The translations under genes and the position numbers were made by a program. From assembly GCF_963676685.1 (NCBI RefSeq), contig NC_092351.1, positions 35,898,001 through 35,962,000 on the forward strand: DNA of 64,000 bases. Direction: 5' to 3'. Shown here piece after piece: positions 54,595 through 64,000 of the stretch. The notes beneath the pieces were generated by a model. The model had not been told where the DNA came from, searched no databases, and worked only from the letters and a program-made list of their open reading frames with translations. Every line of letters starts with the position of its first letter. Position 1 is the first letter of the stretch. The stretch is from Mytilus edulis. Lineage: Eukaryota.

Positions 54595-54865
54595 CCTGTG
54601 TGTTGACATGCTACAAATACTTTAATATATGGGGATACCTATTCATTCAGTTGACAAAGTTTAAAATCTTCGTAGATATTTGAAATGCAATAAATGTTCT
54701 ACCTCAGGCGTATATATTACCTAAGCCGTATTTGAAATAGGATTACGTGTTTTTAAATATTCTTCGAAAATTTACTTGGTTCGAGCGTCACCGACGAATC
54801 TTATGTAGACGAAACGCGTGTCTAACGTAAACAATCGATCATATATGCCTGATATCTTTCAAATT
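54595..54865 (+). mobile_element. Decayed retrozyme copy with a mutated hammerhead (CCGACGA in place of CTGATGA)
   Basis: GAGCGTCA-CCGACGA-ATCTTATGTAGAC-GAAA-CGCGTG-TC at 54783-54822. Upstream matches (GTGTTGACATG, ATTACCTAAGCCGTATTTG) to the unit at 61207-61695. Confidence 0.75.
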
Positions 54866-55328
54866 GATTTGTTATTCATTATGGTTGTCGTTAGTTGCTT
54901 TTTATGATTTTATCTTTTGTTTGTAGTTTAGAGCATGAATCAAGCTTTTGGGTATCTAATTAAAATTGTTTTAGAACGTTTATAGCTTATTATACAGTGT
55001 TGGCTATTGCTTTAAGGCCATACGATAAACTATAGTTGTTTACCTCAAAGCATTTAGTCTCTGGTATACAAAGATCATAGTGTCCTTTTAAGCATACTTA
55101 TCAAAGGTACCGGGCTTATAATATGATATCTTCAGGCTTCTTATTCTAAATACGGATTAACAATTTAAGAGGACTAATGTCAGAGGGTCAAAGATGGCCT
55201 GAAACTTCTTTGTATTCTAGACATGGAACAACTGTATGCTGTTTACGAGTTCTATAACCAGTGGGAATTATGGTTGGCGATGCACCATGTTTATTGTGAA
55301 TGTATATTTTTTTTTTTATTAAATATAT

Positions 55329-55695
55329 ATAAAAAAGAAGATGTGGTATGATTGCCAATTAGACAACTATCTACAAAAGACCAAAATGACACAGACATTA
55401 ACAACTATAGGTCACCATACGGCCTTCAACATTGAGCAAAGCTCATACCGCATAATCAGCTATAATAGGCCCCGATAAGACAATGTAAAACAATTCAAAC
55501 AAGAAAACTAACGGCCTTATTTATGTAAAAAAATGAACGAAAAACAAATATGTAACACATAAACAAATGACAACCACTGAATTACAGGCTCCTGACTTGG
55601 GACAGGCACATACATAATAATGTGGCGGAGTTAAACATGTTAGCGGGATCCCAACCCTCCCCTAACCTGGGACAGTGGTATAACAGTACAACATA
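55329..55695 (-). mobile_element. High-copy SINE-like repeat, family A (best-preserved copy)
   Basis: AAGAAGATGTGGTATGATTGCCAAT...AGACAACT end. Decayed copies at about 9465-9548, 18920-19090 and 54880-55075 (opposite orientation) and about 40795-40885 and 46660-46900. Confidence 0.75.
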
Positions 55696-56749
55696 TTCCT
55701 TTATCAGCAGTTCATGCTCTTACAGGTTCTAACAGCCCATCATCTATCTTTGTTCCTAAGAAAACTCTCTTTTAACGCTTTGAAAATCATCAATAGAATC
55801 ACAAATTAAACAAAATTCATATTGACACGTCTACAGATCGGTGCTGCAAGAAAACTCTAAAGTGTCCGAAACCAAAAATAAGTATGTACTAGTATAAGTC
55901 TAATCAAGAGCAAGCTACATATCAGACTTCCAACCAAAAAGATTGCCATCGTGTCACGCCGACAAACAAGTGCATCATCATTCAAACTACATGTTCTGAG
56001 AGCTAGCAAACAAAGACATGGCGTCATATAACAAACAAATACGGCAGTAGGTTTACCCATGTATGAGTACGGATGACAAAAGTGGTCTTAATACGTCATA
56101 CTTTCTTCAGGATTTGATAAATTTGTTCTTTTGAAGGAAAAATATATGCATTAGGGAGCTTGTGCATGTACTGAAATCATTGTAAGCCTCTGTTACACAG
56201 AATTATTTCAGTAACAGTGAAGCATCAGGAATTGTTCCAGTAAAGCAAAAGCTTTACAGACTCAGTTTTAAAATATGAATTTAGACTGTCTTATATTGTT
56301 AAAAATCACAAAATTGAAAATTGCATTATTTGTAATAAATGATCGAGATACATTGTATATTTCGTTTCTTTAAAAGAAATAGATTATTCACAGAAACTCC
56401 TCCAGAATGACAAAAAAACTATATATAGGTTTAGCCGAATTAAATCCCGGAAATTCCACCCTCATATTAGTTGATAAATATCTATATATATATCTAAGTT
56501 TTGAATACTGGTAAGAAATCAATGCTTGCATTTTTAACTGCAAACCTTTTGACTGCACAAATGTGAGTGAAAATAAATGCAGCCGTAATAAAACAAAATA
56601 CGTTAAGAAATTAAAATGTTTGTAAATTATATAATTCCAAATGTCAAAATAAAAGTCACCGTGGTACCTAACTGTAGTTTGTAAATCACCGCATTCTAAT
56701 TTTGCATCTGGGGTCAGTCAACAAATCCTACGACTAAAGCTGGTCGTAA

Positions 56750-57335
56750 GTCATGAATAGTTCAGTTTACTTACGATTAATCTTGTCTTAGGTTTTTTTG
56801 TGAAACCGACTTCTGTATCTGAAGTTTGATAAACCTTAGTTTTGCAGCTATATATATGTAGCGGGCAGGATTCCATTATGATTGGATCAATATCACAGTG
56901 ACCTGATTTTAGTTTGTGACCATCCCCTATTATATGATGTATATTCATACTTAGTTTGGAAAACCCAGATTCAACGGTTCAAAAGATATTGACCGGACAC
57001 AAACCAGACAAGCACGAATCAAACAATGTTTTAAAACTTGACGGCTCAAATGTCAATGTCAATGTCAAAATGAACTGATTTAATTTATGAAGGACCACGT
57101 GCAATCCCATAATACATCTCTGAACTAAGTGTATTTAACATCAGTTCTATAGTTCAAAGCAATGCATTTTATATTTGAAATCATTGGTTTTTGGATGAAC
57201 TGTATATCTGTATACATGTATAAGTTACCTGATTTAATTCGACACGGGCCACAAACAAGTGGGGACTGACGGACGGATAGACTTCAAATGTTATTCATGT
57301 ATCCTCTTTAACTTTGCTTGTGGTTGTATTAAACA
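56750..57335 (+). mobile_element. Possible decayed Helentron/HINE (pearl-like) non-autonomous element
   Basis: TGACC-rich body, short (ACGG)n microsatellite at about 57268-57283, and a degenerate 3' hairpin before an A-rich end. Pattern recalled from bivalve HINEs. Confidence 0.35.
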
Positions 57336-58199
57336 TGTAAGATAGTGATTTCCGATCTTGACACGATTTGTAGGCTGTTAACAAACAGGAGACTATTAAT
57401 TGTCACTGTTGATGTGACAAAGACCTCTACTTTTTACTATCTTTATTGCGTTGTTTTCTCTCCCTTTTACTCGTCCAACTTACAAATATTTCATCATATT
57501 TTTTCATTTTGCATGGCACACCATCAATTATAGTAAATATTAACACATTTAAGGTCAAATATTTAAGGAATAACAGTACTGTAGTTGAAGAGTTGCCACC
57601 GTCATTATACGTCGTTTTTGTAGAAAGTACCGTTTTACCTATATCAGGGTTAAAACGTCAAAATGACGTCAATTATCGCCAAACCATGAACGATATGCAA
57701 CTAAGAATCAGAGAGACGTTATAATAGTATCGTGTAAAGTAAAATTTGAATTAACTATATTACCAGCTGCTTCAAATAAGACAATAATACTACAAAACTG
57801 TATTCTTTCATTTTTTTATGCATGACCTTTGACCCCAATTAAAAAAAATTACACCATATTTCACTTTTACGACCGGGAAAAATGGAATCTACACATGTTT
57901 TCCTTTCGAATGATATATAATATAGCTGTGTGTTAGATAGGTGCATTAAAAATATTTTTTAGGTCTGAATGTCACTCGCCTATAAGGCTTCAGCTCCCTC
58001 AAGCAAAGTTAACCTGAGATGCATTTTTTCCTTAAATCATTTCGGTTCTTATAAAACCTTCAAATATTCGGCCTTGAGTGTACCACATAAAGGTAAATAA
58101 AACCAAAAACACTTGGACGCACGAAATTCATAACTTGTTTTTTTCATTTTTTTATGAGGTGAAATATGATATGTGTTGTGACGTTGATTTTATTTATAG

Positions 58200-59970
58200 G
58201 TTTCAAAAGATATCACACTGATCTGTTGCCTTCTTTAATGTCACTTGGTATGTTTCGAAAGAAATCACACTGATCTGTTGTCTGCGTTCTTGTACTTTCA
58301 TATGAAGAGAGCACTCTCATCCGTTGCCGCCATTATTGCCACTTCGTATATGTTTCGAAGAAATTCAACCGATCTTTTTCTAATGCATGTCTTTTTGTCA
58401 TTCAATACGTTTCGAAAGAAATCACAATTATCTTTAGCCTTCTTTAATGCCACTTGATATGTCCGAAAGAAATCACATGGATCCGTTGCCGGCATTGTTG
58501 CTTCGTATGTTTTGAAGAAATCACACCGATCTAATGCACTCTTTATTGCTATTTGACATGTTTCGAAAGAAATCACACTGATCAGTTGCTTGTCTTATTG
58601 CCACTTGATATGTTTTAACAGATATCATACTAATAAGATGCATGCCTTTTTGCCATTGATATGTTTCAAAAGTTATAGAAATTTTATGTTGTCTGCCTTG
58701 TTGCCACTTGATATGTCACACTGATCTGTTTCATGCCTTATTGATATGTTTCGAAAGAGTTCGCAATGATATGTTGTCTGCCTTGTTGCCACTTGATATG
58801 TTTCAAAAGAAATCACACTGATCTATGTCTTGCCTTAGAGCAACTGTGGCATGTTTCGAAAGAAATAACACTGATCAGTTGCTTGTCTTATTACCACTTG
58901 ATATGTTTCAACAGATATTATACTAATCTGATGCCTGCCTTTTTGCCATTGATATGTTTCAAAAGAAATCACACTGATCTATGTCTTGCCTTAGAGCAAC
59001 TTGCCACTTGATATGTTTCGAATGCGGTCGCAATGATATGTTGTCTGCCTTGTTGCCACTTGATTTGTTTAAAAAGAAAACACAATGATCAGTTGTTTGC
59101 CTTATTGCCACTTGATATGTTTCAACATCAGTTTCTTGCCTTATTGCCACTTGATATGTTTCAAAAGATCTCACAATTATAAGTTTCTTGTCCTATTGCC
59201 ACTTGACCTTTTTCAAAAGATATGACACTGATCAGTTATTTGCCTTCTTGCCACTTGATGTTTCAACAGATATGACACTGATTAGTTGCTTGCCTTATTA
59301 CCACTTGAAGTATTTCAAATATATCACTCTGATCAGCTGCTTGCCCTAATGCCACTGGATATTTTTCAAAAAATATTATATGACACTGATCAGTCATTTG
59401 CCTAATTGCCACTTGATATGTTTACACAGATTTGACACTAATTAGTTGCTTGCCTTATTGTCACTTGAAGTATTTACAAATGTATCACTCTGATCATTTC
59501 CTTGCTCTAATGTCTCTGGATATGTTTCAAAAATATAACACTGATCTATTCTCTACATATTTGCCCTTTAGTATTATTTTACAAAGAAATCACACCAAGC
59601 CTGCTTTGTTGCCACTTTATATGTTTCGAAAAAAAATCATGCACACTAATCTGATGCCTGCCTTTTTGGCCATTGATACATTCTGGATTTTTTTTCGAAA
59701 GAAATAGCACTGATCTATAACCTGCCTTATTGTAACTGGATTTTTTACTAAAGAAATCGCACTGATCTGCATTTTGCGTTTATTATTGTTGCTTGATATG
59801 TTTCAAAAGAAGTCGCAGAGAGATATGTTACTTGCCTTATTGTCATTTATTCTGTTTTAAAAGATATGATACTAGCAGATGCTTGCCTAATTGTCACTTG
59901 ATTTTTTTGAAAGATCTCACACTATCAGTTGCTTGCCCTTTTCCCACTTGACATGTTTCAAAAGAAATTT
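58200..59970. repeat. Degenerate ~53-bp minisatellite array A (~33 units)
   Basis: Recurring TTGATATGTTTCGAAAGAAATCACACTGATC..TTGC.TGCCTTATTGCCAC. Confidence 0.92.
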
Positions 59971-59981
59971 CATTTTCATTT

Positions 59982-60690
59982 TGATACTGATCTCCATAAA
60001 TAAGTACACATTGAACTGCCATTGTGTGTGTCTGCTCTCGGACTAACTAATTGTTAAAGAAGTACAAACTTTATTCACGAGGTTTGATCAGTTTAATTAG
60101 AGTAATTTGATTGAAAGAAAATACTTTTGTTTTACTATAACTGTTGCTTTGATACATATAAAACGGCAAAAGAAGAAGGGGTATCATATTTACTAGCTGT
60201 AGCCCACCACTTATTCGTGTCTTATAGTTTTTGTTTCCGTTGTTTGATGGTTTTCTCATTGGTGTATAATCGCATCTCTTTTTCACGTGGATAGTTGTTC
60301 ACTGATGTGGTTAAAACATGGCATCATTACTAAACTATCCAGGGGCGGATCCAGCCTTTGTTAAAAGGGGGTTCCAAATATATGTCCCCAATCAAATGCA
60401 TCACCCCTCCCCCTTACGGCCGCCTCCTTGATCCGGCACTCCTAACTAACCAATTAACCCAATATCATTTGCTTACCTTAAAATGTTGAAGGGTTGAAGC
60501 TTGGTGTTCACTCTGTAATGCCTTAAGCTAATAAAAGTACTAATAGAATAAAAAGAAAATTTTCAAGGTCCTTTTCTTAGAAAACACTATAAGATATAAA
60601 TACAAATTCTGTGTACATTATGCACTCATGTGAGTATCAAATGTATTGATTTTATGGAAATATAAAGTTGTATCATGAACTTCAAAATTT
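59982..60690 (+). repeat. Unique tail of the duplicated block, paralogous to 63360-63990
   Basis: Colinear matches GATCTCCA.AAATAAGTACACAT, GTTGCTTTGATACATATAAAA, TTCACGTGGATAGTTGTT, a shared MITE, and AAGTTGTATCATGAACTTC. Confidence 0.88.
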
Positions 60691-61242
60691 AAATGGGTTA
60701 TCAGCCACAAGTACGTATTATTTTTCTAATAATTACAGTTCAAATTTTAATTATGAAACAGCTAAAAGCAATAACATGAACAGATAGATGATATATAAGG
60801 ACTCGATAAACCATATTAAAATGAAGACATTAATAACATCATTATTTTGCACCTGTGTTTTTTTATATCATGAAAAAGTTGACAGAATAACAACTGATTG
60901 ACTAGAGTACAACATTTTATTAGAGTAACATTCATTAAAAAAAGAAGATAATTTAATAAAAAAAGCGAAAAAAAAAAATTAATTTCAAAATCATTGATCA
61001 TTGTATTGTAAGTATAATGTTATGGAAATGAAGCATGATGAAAAATTTAATAGAATAGGAAAATTGAACGAACTATTTCTGTCCAAGTGTTTTTGAGTGT
61101 TTCACTGTCACAAAAAAATGGAGACTTCAGTTGATATAAACCAAAGGTACTAGATATCAAAAGAAAGAAAACAGACTATACTTCTTTAAAAGCTTCATTC
61201 GCCACTAAAATAGTTATCAAAGGTACCAGGATTATAATTTAA

Positions 61243-61289
61243 TACACCAGACGTGCGTTTCGTCTCCATAAGACTCATCAGTGACGCTC
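61243..61289 (-). ncRNA. Type I (minimal) hammerhead ribozyme, intact core
   Basis: - strand: GCGUCA CUGAUGA GUCU-uaugg-AGAC GAAA CgcacG UC^ UGGUGU. Stems I and II and a minimal stem III can form. Predicted cleavage between 61250 and 61249. Confidence 0.85.
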
Positions 61290-61599
61290 AAATCTAAATA
61301 GTTATAAAGCCAAACACGTACAAAGTTGAAGAGCATTGAGGACCCAAAATTCCAAAAAGTTGCGCCAAATAAGGCTAAGGTAATCTATTCCTGGGATAAG
61401 ACAATCCTTAGTGTTACGAGAAATTTAAAGTTTTGTCAACATTAAAAATTTACTAAAATTACCATATAACTGATATTCATGTCAACACCGAAGTGCTGAC
61501 TACTGGGCTGGTGATAACCTCGGGGACGAAACGTCCACCAGCAGTGGCATCGACCCAGTGGTGAAAATATTTATCAAAGGTACCAGGATTATAATTTTA

Positions 61600-61646
61600 T
61601 ACGTCCGACGCGCGTTTCTTCTTCATAGGACTCATCAGTGACGCTC
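61600..61646 (-). ncRNA. Type I hammerhead ribozyme, damaged stem II
   Basis: - strand: GCGUCA CUGAUGA GUCC-uauga-AGAA GAAA CGCGCG UC^ GGACGU. Core nucleotides are intact but the closing G-C pair of stem II is lost. Confidence 0.7.
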
Positions 61647-61964
61647 ATATCTAAATGTTATAAAGCCAAACAAGTACAAAGTTGAAGAGCATTGAAACAC
61701 CGTCAAAAGCAAAACCAAATCACATATCCTGCCAAGCCTTTTATTAGAGATAAGAGTTTGAAATACGACTGTATTTTGCTAGCAAAACAAGTTGAATACA
61801 CTTACATTTCATTAATAGAACACACTTACATGGATTTAGATTTTTATGATATTTTTTCAGCGAATGAAATTCAAGAACTTATGATAAGGTATCTCTCCCT
61901 TGCTACATACGGATATCTCAGATACCCGTGTTGTCTTGATATATGTAATATCTGATAAACAGAT

Positions 61965-63360
61965 AAAGGACATTCGATATGTTTCAAAAGTAATGACGCT
62001 GATTTTCTGTCTCCTTTATTGTAATTTGATATGTTCCGAAATAAAGCACATTGATCCTTTGCCAGCATTATTGCCACTTCGTATATTTTGAAGAAAGCAC
62101 ACTGATCTAATGCATTCTTTATTGTCATTTGACATGTTTCGAAAGAAGTCACACTGATTGTTTGCCTTCTATAATGGCGCTTAATATCTTTAAAAGAAAT
62201 TGCAATGACATATTTCCTGCCTTATTGCCACTATATGTTTCGAAAGAAACCATACTGATGTTTTACCTTTCTTATTGCTACTTGATATGTTTTGGAAGAA
62301 ATCACACTGATCTGTTGTCTGCTTTGGTGACACGTAATTGATATATTTCGAAAGAAATCATGCACACACATCTGATGCCTTTTTGGCCATTGATATGTTT
62401 CGAAAGATAACACACCGATCTATATCCTGCCTTATTGCAACTTGATATGTTTCTAAAGAAATCACACTGATTTGCATGTAGCCTGTATCGTTGTCACTTG
62501 ATATTTTTCACAAAATATCACACTGATAAGTTGATTACCTTAATGACAGTTCATTTGTTTCAAAAGATATCATACTGATCTATTCTCTGCATATTTGCCT
62601 TTAGGTCCTTTTTTATGTTTCAAAGAAATCAGACTGGCCTGGTGCGTTCTTTAATGCCGCTAAATATATTCAAAAGAAATTACCCCGATCCATTCCATGC
62701 CTTATTGCCACGATATGTTTCGAAAGAAATTGTCTATCGTATTGCTAATTTAAATGTTCTTTGTTGCCTCTTGATTGATATATTTCAACAGAAATAACGC
62801 TCAACTGATGCCTGCCTTTTAAGGTCCTTGATATGTTTTGAAAGATATCACACTGATCTATTACCTGTCTTATTACAACTTGGCCCTTGGAATTTAAAAA
62901 AAAGATATTATTCTGATCAGCTGCTTGCTTTTTAAGCCACTTGATCGGTTTCTAAAGATCACTAACTGACCAATTGCTTACCTTTTCCCCACTTCATTTG
63001 TTTCAAAAGATATCATACTGATCATTTGCTTGCCTTTTTTGCCACTTCATTTGTTTCAAAAGATATCATACTGATCATTTGCTTGCCTTTTTTGCCACTT
63101 CATTTGTTTCAAAAGATATCATACTGATCATTTGCTTGCCTTTTTTGCCACTTCATCTGTTTAAAACGATATCACATTATCAGATGCTCACATTGCTTTC
63201 CCTTGATATGTTTTGAAAGATATCACACTGATTAGTTGCTTGCTCTATTAAATCTTGATATGTTTTTAAAAAAATACACTGATCTGTTGTCTGCGTTTCA
63301 AAGAAATCACACACAGTTGCCTACCTTATCTCCACTCAAAAGAAATAACATTGATATGTC
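61965..63360. repeat. Degenerate ~53-bp minisatellite array B (~26 units)
   Basis: Same consensus as array A. Three near-identical 53-bp units at about 63001-63160 fix the period. Confidence 0.92.
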
Positions 63361-64000
63361 GATACCGATCTCCACAAATAAGTACACATATAACTTCCAT
63401 TTATGTCTGCCCTCGGACAAACCAATTGTCGAATTAGTTCCAACTTTATTAAAGAGGATTGAAAAGTTTAATTAAGAGTCATTTGAATGAACGATTTTTG
63501 TTTTATTATAGTTGTTGCTTTGATACATATAAAAAGGCAGAAGAAGAATTGGAAATCATATTTACTGGTTAAAGCCCGTCAATTGTTCATGTTTTGTAGT
63601 TTTTTTCTTGTGTCGTTTGTTGATTGTCTCATTTGTGTATACCCCGCATCTCTGTATTCACGTGGATAGTTGTTAGGAGCGGATCTAGCCTTTTTTTAAA
63701 AGAGGTTCCAAATATATGTCCCAATTCAAATGCATCAATCCCCCTTGATCCGCCACTCCTAACAAACCAATTGACCAAATATCATTTGCCTACCTAAATA
63801 TTTTGAAGCTTGTTGTTCACTTTGTAATGCCTTAAGGTAAAGTATTAATAAAAAAAATTCAAGGTCCTTTTACTCGAAACCACTATCAGAAAACAATTTA
63901 TTGTCTACTTTATGCACTCGTATGTTTTGTGAGCATCATATCTATTGCCGTTGTTGAAATTTTAAGTTGTATCATGAACTTCTAAATTTAACTCGTTTAT

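Larger units (their letters stand above)
53597..57982. mobile_element. 4.4-kb non-autonomous TIR transposon, TAG...CTA termini, 3-bp TSD TAA (Academ-like)
   Basis: 15-bp perfect TIR TAGGCGAGTGACATT / AATGTCACTCGCCTA, plus ~150 bp of imperfect subterminal inverted repeat (CTAACACACAGCT; TTCCATTTTT..CGGTCGTAAAA). TAA on both flanks. No transposase ORF. Confidence 0.82.
61207..61695 (-). mobile_element. Non-LTR retrozyme, ~1.4 tandem units of 357 bp
   Basis: Direct repeat of ~130 bp (TTATCAAAGGTACCAGG at 61214 and 61571), each copy containing a hammerhead core on the - strand. Confidence 0.88.

Noticed and set aside
55857-56060. 67-aa hydrophobic ORF inside the TIR element as a captured gene
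   Set aside because: No recognisable motif or convincing splice sites, and the length is compatible with chance.
58200-63360. 53-bp arrays as a CRISPR-like locus or coding repeat
   Set aside because: No unique spacers (whole monomers are homologous), no cas genes, eukaryotic context, and frequent stops.

Overview
AT-rich eukaryotic genomic DNA. The repeat families resemble those I recall from a bivalve, probably a Mytilus mussel (inference). The window holds one intact protein-coding gene on the + strand: an 8-exon ETS transcription factor of the E74/ELF class (CDS 23097-42239, 1107 nt, 368 aa, all GT-AG junctions phase-compatible). Its first exon resembles the insect E74B-specific N-terminus, and exon 2 carries the vertebrate ELF1/2 'AAEALL.MDSP' motif. 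The 23 kb upstream is non-coding, with MITEs, SINE fragments and minisatellites. Downstream of the presumed long 3' UTR is a nested mobile-element zone. It contains a decayed LINE interrupted by a Penelope-like fragment, and a 4.4-kb TIR element (TAG...CTA ends, TAA target duplication) inserted into a decayed retrozyme. It also contains a tandem 357-bp retrozyme with two type-I hammerhead ribozymes on the - strand, and a ~3.4-kb diverged tandem duplication built on a 53-bp minisatellite. Most ORFs in the supplied track are spurious.
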